Assembly: GCA_002269645.1 (NCBI GenBank)
Contig: NIVC01001023.1
Span: 1-64,000 of the forward strand
Length of the DNA: 64,000 bases
Source of the DNA: Macrostomum lignano
Taxonomy: Eukaryota
Direction: 5' to 3'
Under the pieces are notes generated by a model, which worked only from the letters and a program-made list of their open reading frames with translations, was not told the DNA's origin and searched no databases. Positions 1 to 9,800 of this stretch are shown one piece after another (position 1 is the stretch's first letter; each line of letters opens with the position of its first letter). The translations under genes and the position numbers were made by a program.

Positions 1-466
1 CCTACAACAATACCTACACAGAAGCATCAAAATGGCACCCACTAGTGTCTGCAAAGAGAATGAATCTGAAGTGTGGATGAACCTGTACGATGGAAAAGCA
101 GTCGAGACTCTAGAAAAATTAAAGGAAGCCTAAGTTCGCTGAAAACCAGTCAGTGAGAATTTCAATGCTCCACGGATATTCAAAAAGGGATACAAAGCGA
201 GCTGGAGTGAGGAAGTGTACACCGTGGTGAGCAGAGCCCCAAAACATTATCCCTACATGTACAAGATTAAAGACATGCGGGGGCAAGAGATTCGAGGACT
301 CTTCCATGAGCACGAGCTGCAGGCTGTCCCGGACTCACAGCGGCTGTATGTGATTGAGAAGATCCTGAAAACGGAGAAGCGGAAGGGAAAAATTCGCTAT
401 CTGGTGAAATGGGCGGGCTACGACTCGACTGGCTGGGTGGATGAAAAAGACTTAAGAAAGGTTTAG
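1..466 (+). CDS. Retroviral-type integrase C-terminus with chromodomain (partial, frameshifted)
   Basis: Across frames reads YNNTYHRSIKMAP..NLY..PKF..VRIS..IFKKGYKASWSEEVYTV, then the chromodomain YVIEKIL..YLVKWAGYDSTGWV. Confidence 0.85.
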
Positions 467-501
467 CTTTGGCACATCCTCATCTGTAGTTTATCATTAT
501 A

Positions 502-1310
502 ATGCGAACTATTTTGATTAACAGTGAGCATGCTGAAGGTACTCCTAGTGACTTTAATTTTTACCTGCCTTCACCTATTTACTTGGATCGAAATGTGGAC
601 TATGAGGCAGGTCTGGCTGAAATCCATCTGCCTGCTGCATGGTTCAATGTTGACGAGCCTTACTGCTTCACTGTCTCAGATGGAAGAGAGCATGAGGCCC
701 TGGTTCTTCAACCCGGACGCTTTGCTAGAGTGGAGGAGCTGGTGGAGCGCCTGAATGAGCTGCTGGCCAACTCTGATTCGCTGTTCTTTGATGCAATGAG
801 TGACAGGGAGTCTGAGATGGAGGCTGATGAGTCCGGCCTGATGGGGCGTAGTGGCAACAGGGAATTCGGTATGAAGTTCGAAATCCGCAACTCACGAACT
901 GTGGTGCACAACAACACTGCGAGAGCAGAGCTGTTTCTTCCATCTAGTAAAATTCTGCATTGGCTGGGATTTGGAAACCAGGCTGTGAAAATCCAGCCAG
1001 GGAGCCGCGTGTCCGAGCATTGCATTGGCTGCCCGCGCACCAGCTTAATCAATGTGCACTGCAGTATCGTTGAGTCAACTAATTGCAACTGGAGCTCCTT
1101 GTTGAGAACAGTTGGAATGAAAGCCGGCATTGAATGGGGCAACTATCAAACAAAAATATTTAAGAAAACAATATTCTTCCCGATTCAACGAATCAGTCTT
1201 CTTCACAGCATTCGAGTTCAGCTCGTGACATCTATGGTTGCCCACTGATTGCACAGACTCACAGCCCTGTTCTGCTTACAGTTCAAATTCAGGAGAAACG
1301 CATTCAATGA
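502..1310 (+). CDS. Minor capsid protein (penton)
   Basis: N-term TPSDFNFYLPSPIYL..YEAGLAEIHLP is typical of Polinton pentons; restoring one G near 1227 gives SIRVQLVDIYGCPL..TVQIQEKRIQ* with TGA at 1308-1310 overlapping the next ATG. Confidence 0.75.
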
Positions 1311-1684
1311 ACTACCAGCAGCTAATCCAGCAATATTCGGGGGTGAGGACAGGACACGAAAAGCCTGCACTCTATGGCTGTGGGAGCTTCCCAGGGATCA
1401 TGACATACCAGCCTCCGCCAGCGGCTATATCATCATCATCAGCCTCGACGCTTAGCAACGTCAGGCGCAAAAGAAATACTGAAGCAAGTCCGAAACGATT
1501 GAAGAAAAAGAAGGGCACCCGAAAGGCAACTGGTGGAAATCGCAGTAAGAGGTCGAGCAAGGCTAGTGGGAAAAAGCTTAAGAATAGGAAGACGAAAGCA
1601 AAGAAGAATAGAGCAGGCGGAGGAAAGCGAAAGCAAAAAGTCAGCAAGAAAACTGTGAAACGCGTGCTCGACTCTCTGTCATAG
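1307..1684 (+). CDS. Small Lys/Arg-rich putative core (DNA-condensing) protein, 125 aa
   Basis: ATG 1307 in an ATGA overlap; very basic C-terminal half; sits between penton and capsid genes; LYGC/G motif. Confidence 0.6.
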   Translation: MNYQQLIQQYSGVRTGHEKPALYGCGSFPGIMTYQPPPAAISSSSASTLSNVRRKRNTEASPKRLKKKKGTRKATGGNRSKRSSKASGKKLKNRKTKAKKNRAGGGKRKQKVSKKTVKRVLDSLS

Positions 1685-1686
1685 AC

Positions 1687-2967
1687 ATGGCTTACGGATT
1701 CAATCCCAGACTTGATTTATTTAAGACGCCCGTTCTACAAACCTGCATTGAAAAAGCTACTTATGTTGATATTCACCCAGTTAATTCCATTGTTGCAAAC
1801 TCTCCCATTGAATTTGACTGCCACCAATCTGCCGATGAATACACAGATCTGCTAATTCTTTTCTTTATATTCGCTGCCGCCTTGTGAGACTGGATGGGGG
1901 TTTGCTGAGGGAGGATGTTCGAGATGGAGATGGCATCATCACCGAGCGCAGAGACAGTGACGTGCACCCAGAAAATTTTGTTCTGTCTACAGCCTTCTCA
2001 GATGTAATTGTGAGCATTAACCAGCGAGTGGTGTCTGGTGGAGACCAGCTCTATCCCTACCATGCGTACTTCAAAGCACTAATGAGCTCATCCGATGCCC
2101 AGCAACTAAAACTTTACCCTGCTGGCTTCCTGGAGCCGAACTCGGCAGCTGAAGAGCACACGGAGAGCCACAGGGAATCCCAATGGATGGAGTATGCGGG
2201 GCCGCTCTTCAGCGATGTTTTCCAGTGCCCAGTGTTTCTGCTAAGCAATCTGCACCTGCACATCAAACTGGTCCCCAGCGATGGGGCCTTTGCCATCAGA
2301 ACCCGAATGCAAACAACGCGGCATACCGAATGGAAATCTCTCACAGCATTCTGCATCTTCGCCGAGTCAAAGTGATGCCCCACATCAGCCTGGCCCATGA
2401 GCAGGGGCTGACAAACCAAAATGCACTGTATCCCATCGAGCGAACTGAAATGCAGAACTTCATCCTACCCCAGGGTATTCAGTCAAAAAACATTGAAGGA
2501 TTCACTCATGGAAAATTGCCGAAGTTCATCATGCTGGCCTTCGTGAGCCACCGAGCATTCAACGGTCATCATCACGCGAGCCCGTTCCAGTTCCAGAGCT
2601 TCAACCTTAGCCGATTGGCTCTAAAGAAAGGTGGGGAAACCGTGTGCCACGGCGCCTTCACACCTGAAAACAATTCCTTTGTAAGAGAATACTTGCACTA
2701 CCTGAAAAGCTGTCAATCTGCAAGCCACACAAACTCGGTTCCGTGGATCCCCTACCAGCTCTTCTCCAACAACAGCACGGTGTTTGCTTTCGATCTCACA
2801 CCGAGGGAGCGGCTCTGTGGTACGGACAGAAGGAGGGCAACCTGCGGCTGGAGATTCGCTTCCAACAGGCTCTGAATGAAGCGGTGTCCCTGATTGCTAT
2901 GTGCCTGTATGACTCGCTGATTGAGGTCACCAAGCACCGAGAGCTTTTGCTGGACTATTCATCTTAA
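1687..2967 (+). CDS. Major capsid protein (double jelly-roll), split by three 1-nt frameshifts
   Basis: RLDLFKTPVLQTCIEK..DIHPVNS..PIEF, YPYHAY, GKLPKFIMLAFV..AFNG..PFQF, TVFAFDLTP, GNLRLEIRF; frames rejoin by adding one base near 1851, 2303 and 2803. Confidence 0.88.
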
Positions 2968-2972
2968 TTGAC

Positions 2973-3485
2973 ATGGATGCAATTCAACTACTTAATCTCG
3001 CCAGAAAATTTTTGCCTTACCAAAAATTTCTCATAGTTACTTTACATTTGCGCTATAAAAATTCTCTGCCCTTGAATGTAAAAAGAAAATTTAGATCATC
3101 AATTTCCTTTGAAAACAAGTTTGTTTTTGTCCTACTTCAGCACAATGGCTCATTTGGTCACTGGGTGGTGTGCTATGTTGGGCAAGGAAATCGCATTGAG
3201 TTGTTCAACTCCCTCGGCTGGGAACCTGAAATTTTATCTTTGGTTTATAATTTGTTTCGAGAGATTAAAACAACTGGCTTTTGGCTCCGAAGCAATATAA
3301 ACAGATTTCAATGTGCTAACTCTAATAAATGCGGAGTGTTTTGCATCTATTTTGTTTATCAAAAGTTTCTGTTCAATCGGTCATTTGAGGGGATTTTGAA
3401 GCATTTGCATGCTAATGAAAAAAATCATTTGAATGATAGAATCTTACAGAGGTTTGAAGCCAACTTAAGAAAAAGATGTCCGTGA
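2973..3485 (+). CDS. Adenain-like (clan CE) maturation cysteine protease
   Basis: GHWV (His), ELFNSLG, FQCANSNKCGVFC (oxyanion Gln and catalytic Cys). Confidence 0.85.
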   Translation: MDAIQLLNLARKFLPYQKFLIVTLHLRYKNSLPLNVKRKFRSSISFENKFVFVLLQHNGSFGHWVVCYVGQGNRIELFNSLGWEPEILSLVYNLFREIKTTGFWLRSNINRFQCANSNKCGVFCIYFVYQKFLFNRSFEGILKHLHANEKNHLNDRILQRFEANLRKRCP

Positions 3486-4156
3486 TTTCTAATATTTATG
3501 CATTAAACATGGGAGAAAAGCAAGTTTGCTACGATATCCGCCTCAGGCAGGGAAGCTGCATGATTGTCTGCGGGCCCACCAATGCAGGAAAAACAACCTT
3601 TGTCAAACACCTGATCCAGTACAGAGACGTCATGTTTGATGTGAAGCCTGGCAGAGTTCTGTGGTACTATGGGATCTCACAGGCAGGCCATGCAGAACTG
3701 AGCAGCCTAGGTGTGCAGCTGCGCCAGGGATTTCCCACCAACATCGAGGCAGCACTTAGGCCCAATGACCTGGTTGTTTTCGATGACTTAATAGAGGAAA
3801 CTTCAAACTCTGCTTCAATGCGAAATTTTTTCACAGGAATCGCACATCACTTGCCGTGCTTTTTGGTGATGCTGACTCAGAATATATTTTTCAAGGGAAA
3901 AGAGTCGCGAACAATGAGCTTGAATGTAATGTATTTAGCTATCTTGAAAAACCCCAGAGACCAGCTGCAGATTGCAGCACTGGGCAGGCAGTGCTTTACA
4001 GAGAAGCCCGGCTTTCTGCTGTCAGTGTTCAAGCACGTGACCGCGCAGGGCAGGGGAGCTTACCTGTTCCTGGATTTTCATCCATCAACTCCCGATGAGC
4101 TGCGAGTGCGGGCCAGAATTTTACCCAACCAGCGACCCCATCTTGTATTTGCTTAA
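3476..4156 (+). CDS. A32/FtsK-like genome packaging ATPase
   Basis: Walker A GPTNAGKT, Walker B LVVFDD, HH..TQNIF, KNPRD, YLFLDFHP. Confidence 0.92.
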   Translation: MSVISNIYALNMGEKQVCYDIRLRQGSCMIVCGPTNAGKTTFVKHLIQYRDVMFDVKPGRVLWYYGISQAGHAELSSLGVQLRQGFPTNIEAALRPNDLVVFDDLIEETSNSASMRNFFTGIAHHLPCFLVMLTQNIFFKGKESRTMSLNVMYLAILKNPRDQLQIAALGRQCFTEKPGFLLSVFKHVTAQGRGAYLFLDFHPSTPDELRVRARILPNQRPHLVFA

Positions 4157-4197
4157 GAAAGTGAAGCTTGTTTTTATCAGCTATTGTTTTCATCGCT

Positions 4198-4536
4198 ATG
4201 GAAGTGCTTGATTCACATGCAAGTCTTTTTGCGGTTCTTGCGTCACCTAAATATACCGTGCGCTTCAAGCGGCTGTTGATAAAAAATTGTCCAAAAGAAG
4301 TGCGTTATTTTCTTGTCGAGGCCTGCCATAATCTCTTACAAAACAATCTATCGTTTTCGCTCGATGAAAAAGCTGTTCTTGCAAAGTCAAAAGAGATAAT
4401 TCGAAAAATTACTCACAAAAGAAGAAAGACAGACTTGTTGAAGGCTGGCTTCATCAAAATACTCCCGATTCTGCTTAAGCTGGTAAAGAAGAAGAAGCAA
4501 AATGAACAAATTTTCAGAAATGGTTCTGATTCCTAA
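4198..4536 (+). CDS. Small basic Polinton-type conserved protein, function unknown
   Basis: Intact ORF from ATG 4198 within the viral block; EACHNLLQNN..IRKI..GFIKILP pattern resembles small Polinton ORFs (recalled, not searched). Confidence 0.55.
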   Translation: MEVLDSHASLFAVLASPKYTVRFKRLLIKNCPKEVRYFLVEACHNLLQNNLSFSLDEKAVLAKSKEIIRKITHKRRKTDLLKAGFIKILPILLKLVKKKKQNEQIFRNGSDS

Positions 4537-5194
4537 AGCAGAGTATGAGATGTTGATGCAGAATTTGAAGCCAAATGAGACTACCACTGAAGCTGACTTG
4601 AAGCAGGCTCAGAAGAAATGCGATGACATCTTGTATGCCGAGGATTGTCCAGAAGATGTGAAAACCGCCATGTACCAAAGTGCAATGCAAAGTTTGCTGG
4701 CCAAGCGCAAGCACGCTGGAAAAGAAGGAGCACGCAATACTGAAGCCAAGTTGATGAAAACAGAGACACCCCAGATAAGCACCTGGGAAGAGAAGATCAG
4801 CAAGTCGGTGCCACAGAAATTCAAAACCAGGGCTCGCAGTCTGTGGACGATCCTGTCCACCAATCCAGAGCTGATTCGAGTTTGTGAAAACGGGGAGGTG
4901 GAAATCGCAGGCACGTCAATCCCTTCCTCAAACATACTGGACTTGATTCAGCACACAGTGAGGGATTCGCCATGTGAGCGTGAACCAGTTGGGTGGAACG
5001 AGTTCATCGATTTTCTGCAGCAGAAAAAGCTTAATGTTCCGCTTTCCGCTATTGGTAAATCAGTTAAGAAGAAAATGGCAACCAGCAGAGGGGGTGAACT
5101 GGAGAAAGAACAGGAGAGTCTAGTCAAGGGGTACGGGAGCAACACAGCCTGGCTGAAACTGCCTGCCAGAAAAGTATATAAGAAGGTGGACTGA
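4502..5194 (+). CDS. Polinton-type conserved hypothetical protein, 230 aa
   Basis: Intact ORF; MVLIP..K..MYQ, ENGEV..IPSSNILDL, PVGW..F..NVP pattern recalled from Polinton ORFs. Confidence 0.6.
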   Translation: MNKFSEMVLIPKAEYEMLMQNLKPNETTTEADLKQAQKKCDDILYAEDCPEDVKTAMYQSAMQSLLAKRKHAGKEGARNTEAKLMKTETPQISTWEEKISKSVPQKFKTRARSLWTILSTNPELIRVCENGEVEIAGTSIPSSNILDLIQHTVRDSPCEREPVGWNEFIDFLQQKKLNVPLSAIGKSVKKKMATSRGGELEKEQESLVKGYGSNTAWLKLPARKVYKKVD

Positions 5195-5223
5195 CTCCGA
5201 AATTTTCGAAGGAAAGCTGCATC

Positions 5224-5700
5224 ATGAACTACATTGACTTCCAAGGATTCCCGTGCAACAGCACAAGCAAAAAATTTGTTGTGAAGGAGTTGGCAGTTGT
5301 TCAAATCAGAGCGGGGAGCTACCGCATTGCTCACCATGTGTACGCACCTCCGTATCCATGGGAGAGAGTCTCACCTGACATGCGAGTTTACTACAGACAG
5401 CTATCTAAGAGTCTGCACCAGTTTAAGTGGAATGATGGAACCCGTCCGTACATGGAACTGGCGGAAGACATTCTGAGCATTGCCAGTGGTCCGATCTGGT
5501 CAAATGGGGAAAGGAAGTCGATTTTTCTGACTGAGCTGCTTGGAAGACAGGTTTATAACCTAGAAGATTTGGGAGCACCCTCGACTGAAGATTCAGATAC
5601 TGGCTGTGCAGTGAGAAATTCGTTGCTGCACTACAGTTGGCTTAAGCCAAAGTTCTGCATCAACTTAAGAAGCGAGCAGTGTCCGTGGCACACGAGCAGT
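5224..5700 (+). CDS. Polinton accessory protein, possibly DnaQ/DEDD exonuclease-like fold; true 3' end uncertain (frame stays open to 6075)
   Basis: YIDFQGF..FVVKELA, HQFKWNDG, YNLEDLG, CAVRN..WL motifs; the tail after about 5700 overlaps the TBP ORF and looks like noise. Confidence 0.5.
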
Positions 5701-5743
5701 AAAGTTGGCAGAAGCAGATTTGGTGAAGAAGTTGACGATCGAA

Positions 5744-6316
5744 ATGAGCCCACCAGCTACAGCCCTAAGAGTGACCAATCTGGTTGGCGGAGTAGATCTG
5801 AGACTGGATGGTGGCAGGGGCGCTCAGCTGCCTCTACGGGAACTGGCTCTCAGCATGGCTCATGTGATCTACCGGCCCGTCTGGCCCCGGGTGCTCATCA
5901 AGCGGATGCGGATTCCCAGAGTGACTCTCCTACTCTACCCTACTGGGCAACTGAGCATCTGCGGTGCCAAGACCCACGCAGACGCCAAAAGGGCTGCCCG
6001 TCGCTTCGTGGCTATGCTGCATCGGAGAGTGCCGGCTCAACTGCTGCCTCATCAAACAATTTGTGTTCGAATTAAAACTATTACTGCTCATGGACAGCTC
6101 CCAGTTCATTCCGCACTTTCCTTATTAATGTTAAAATCAATTATCCCAAACGCCGAATATGAACCAGAATCCTTTTCTGCTTTAATTTTCAATTTAAACT
6201 TTTGTAAATGTCTGCTTTTTCACAGCGGCTCTTTTGTTCTCAGTGGAGCTCGGTCCTTGAATCAGTTGCATACCGATAGCATGCGTCTACTCAATGTAGT
6301 TCTTTCCATTGAATAA
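5744..6316 (+). CDS. TBP: TATA-box-binding protein (TBP)-like protein, virus-encoded, 190 aa
   Basis: Two TBP repeats: TNLVGGVDL..YRPVWPRVLIKRMRIPRVTLLLYPTGQLSICGAK and EYEPESFSALIF..CLLFHSGSFVLSGAR. Confidence 0.88.
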   Translation: MSPPATALRVTNLVGGVDLRLDGGRGAQLPLRELALSMAHVIYRPVWPRVLIKRMRIPRVTLLLYPTGQLSICGAKTHADAKRAARRFVAMLHRRVPAQLLPHQTICVRIKTITAHGQLPVHSALSLLMLKSIIPNAEYEPESFSALIFNLNFCKCLLFHSGSFVLSGARSLNQLHTDSMRLLNVVLSIE

Positions 6317-6323
6317 AAATAAA
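6312..6323 (+). terminator. Tandem AATAAA polyadenylation signals closing the + strand viral gene block
   Basis: GAATAAAAATAAAA overlaps the TBP stop codon. Confidence 0.6.
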
Positions 6324-6894
6324 AGTCAAGTCAAGCAATTTGCCGCAAATATTTCAATGATTAGTGAAAAGTGAATAAAAGGATAAACTTAGTATTCTTT
6401 ACATTCATTTTCCCAGGCAGACAGCTATGGAACACTTCAAAAACGTATTTAGCCCATCACCAAAAGTATCGCAAAACGCATATCAAATCCGAAAGTAAAC
6501 AATACTACCATCGTTATAACAAACGATGTGCACCGAGAGAAGAGAAATAGAAAAGTGATAGAGAAAATATGATTAAAACGCTGATTGAATTTACAGGAAC
6601 AATTTATGTCAGATAAAAACCAAAAACACATTTTAAACTAGTACACAAAGCAAACAAAAATGAATTAATATTGTATGAGCGCACTTGCCACAGCTTTATA
6701 AAAAGTAAAACTTAAATTGATATCAATATTTCACGCCGCAAAAACAAATTGACAGCTAAATCTAGCGCAATTAGCCAAGCATACAAATTTGTAAAAGTTA
6801 CTACATGCAAGTCACTACATTTAAAACAGAATTTGGCAATTTAAACAACTCTAAAAGCAAGAAAAAGTACTAAACAGTCTGTTAAACACCCGCA

Positions 6895-9800
6895 CTAGAC
6901 CAGTCGGATGCGCTTCAGCTGATCGTGGGATGCGGGCGTCAGCGCATAGTGTCCGTAGGGCAGGCTTCGATTACTGCTAAGCCACACTCGCTTATCCTCC
7001 CACACCGATAGGCTTCTTTTCTCCATGACCGACGTGAAGATTTCGTGTTTCTTGGAAACAATCGCTGTCATGGCAACCATCTGCTCTTGCTTGGACTCGA
7101 ACGCGTCGACATAGTTCGCATGCGAAATTTGCTGTCTTACTACTGACTGCTTCACGCCTTTGGCAGTTTTCTTGATCTTTGCACTCGAATTCTCGGCAGG
7201 GAGAAACGAATAAAGTTTTGGACGCAAAAGAATCCACTCCTGGTAAATTCCACCAGCAGATTCATCTTTAACGCAGCCCAGCTTTCCTTTTAACTCTTCA
7301 GAGAAATGCGGATGGTCTCGAGAATAGTTGGATGTGTCAAGTATTTTTTCCTCTCTAAGCTTCGGGATTACCTCCGATGTTAAATCATGATTCTTGAAAG
7401 CTAGAAAAAATGAGTCAGTATCACCTCCGCAAAGCATCATGTCTCTGGAACCGTCTGAATGACAGAACAGCGGTCGGAGCCTGTCATATAGTAGGCTGTA
7501 CATGGCCATCTTAGAGAGATCGAGAACTGCCTGGCCAACGAAAATGGCCTTGTCAAGCGTGACTTTATCTTTTTTGAGCTGAAAAATGCTCAACGACTCA
7601 TTGATAATCGAGAATGCGGCACAGTTTGGTCGAGAGGTGCAAGTTTCTGCTTGAGTCTGGTTAGTGCAAATTCGAACATCGCATCTTTTTCGAACGTTCT
7701 CCATAGTTTTTCCAAAGAGAGAATTGTTTTTCAATTTGTAAAAATCCTTAGCAAACTCGGAAGTTGCCAAAGCTCTTTTTTCATTGTTGCTGGCAATGTA
7801 CGGCGCGAAAATATTTTCCTGCTTGAACGAAATCATTTTTTTGACGCACTTGATCCGCATTCCGTGTTGCAGGTAAAATCTTAAAACGGTGCTGTGAACT
7901 ACGTAAGAATCCTTGTCGGTACAGGTGAGTAGAAGCTTCTCCGTTGCTTGAAACTTAGCTTCAGCATTGCCAGTTCGCTGTTCAGCAATCTCTTTCCATA
8001 GTTCGGCCATGTACGGCGAGAATTGATCTGGCTGTGGTTTTGATTTTTCAGGTGCAAACGGTAACTCCTGAGTCGAATCGTGAATCTCAGCTGGGTATTC
8101 TAGATCGAGTTGAACAAGGTAGGCGATCTCGGCTTCTGGATTGAGTGACAGAAACCGATTGGAGTCCCAGAACTGGATTTCCTGTTCCGGTACCCACCTG
8201 AATTCCCTGCATGGAAGCGGAAGCGACAGGGCAAAGCCATACAAGTTGTTCATATCGATCGGCATGAGGCTTACACTCTCTTGCTGATCATCATAACCTG
8301 GCAAGCTAGGATTATTACCTTTGACGCAATGCACATTAATGAAGGACATGCCTCCTCGTATTCCCTTCTCAAACAGATGATACATGTCAGCATCAGTCAG
8401 CTGCTCTAGAACCACTCCAGTCGACTTTAGAGCTGAGTCGTAAGACAAACCAGGAGTAGTAAAGTAGTGTACCGGATCCAATCCGTCCTCTTTCAGACTG
8501 GCCTGTCGGAATGTCTCGAAAATGTCAGCCAGCTGCCTTACATCCATTTCAAGATAGGCGAGCATATAATCCTTCAAACTTTTGCATTGAAATGCCGCCC
8601 ATGCCGCTCTTGCTCTATTGTAGTCGTCGTCGGAAATTCCCCTATCGGAAAGTCGATTAAAAAAAGCATCTTTAGGCGGCAAAACCGACTGCTCGAGAAT
8701 CTCAAATCCTGTGAGGTAATCATATGGGAAGATCCCTTTTTTTCGAAGTAGCTCTCTTGAAAGATGTGGTCTTGACTCAAGCATTTGCATTGTCAGCTTG
8801 CATTCAGCTTCGGGAAGATTAGCAAACAAATTGGACAAACTTCCCTTCAAAAAGCAGAGCGAGTCGATGAACTGAATTGTAAACATGATTGGCACAACTT
8901 TTCCGTTCTTTACGTAACTTGCAACCGGGAATTCCGCCCTTAGTGACAAGTATCGCTCGGATGATTGCGGAACAACACTAAGTTTCCAATTTTTCATGCT
9001 CCCAAGCGCAGTGGAAAGTAGAAGATGAAGGTCGTAGCCACCTAAGTTGTGAAAAACCAGGGGCAGAAACCGGCGTCGGAGCTGTGCTCGCAGGTTGCAT
9101 TCTTGACATGCTGCACCTTTGTACTGTCCATTTAAATGATCGTGGTCAAAATGTTTATCTGTAGAACTTTTAAAGTTCTTCTTGCAGTAGTGACATACCT
9201 CAGCAGAATTGAAATCATCCATGACGGTCGCGGATGATCGGTCAGCCGGCTGGTGGCTATGCTTCTGGTTCCAGTGAAATATATCCTGAGCCAGGCTTTC
9301 AAGAGATTTGAGAAAACCAAGGATACACTCATCAGGGTCCGCATTGCAAAAGACCTTGTACATGTCTCCTTCTGGCCTAAGCGGAGGTCCTGTCATGCCT
9401 TCACGAGGCACTGCAAGAAAAGCTGCTGCACATGGTTCATGCTTTGAGATCAGGTTAGCAGGGTCTGTGTTCGCTCGCAAAATGGCTTCCAGGTCGGCAT
9501 AGGCAACGAATGGTGGACTGACAGTGTTTTGACAGTTTCGGAACTTTATTTCATTCTGTCCTGGAACTGGAAGCGTTTCTTTGACAGGATTTTCTGCAGT
9601 AATGCAGCTGGGGCGGCCAGAGCAGCTGGGGCGGCCAGAGCAGCTGGGGCGGCCAGAGCAGCTGGGGCGGCCAGAGCAGCTGGGGCGGCCAGAGCAGCTG
9701 GGGCGGCTGGAGCTGCAGGTGGCACAATTGCATTATGCGACTCATTGTCGCTGCCCTCCTCTTCTAGGATTTCCATTTCGTGGTCGTCTTCAATTAGATG

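Noticed and set aside
9546-9732. Programmed -1 ribosomal frameshift for polB
   Set aside because: No canonical X-XXY-YYZ slippery heptamer seen in the overlap; a single-base error fits the pattern elsewhere in the element.
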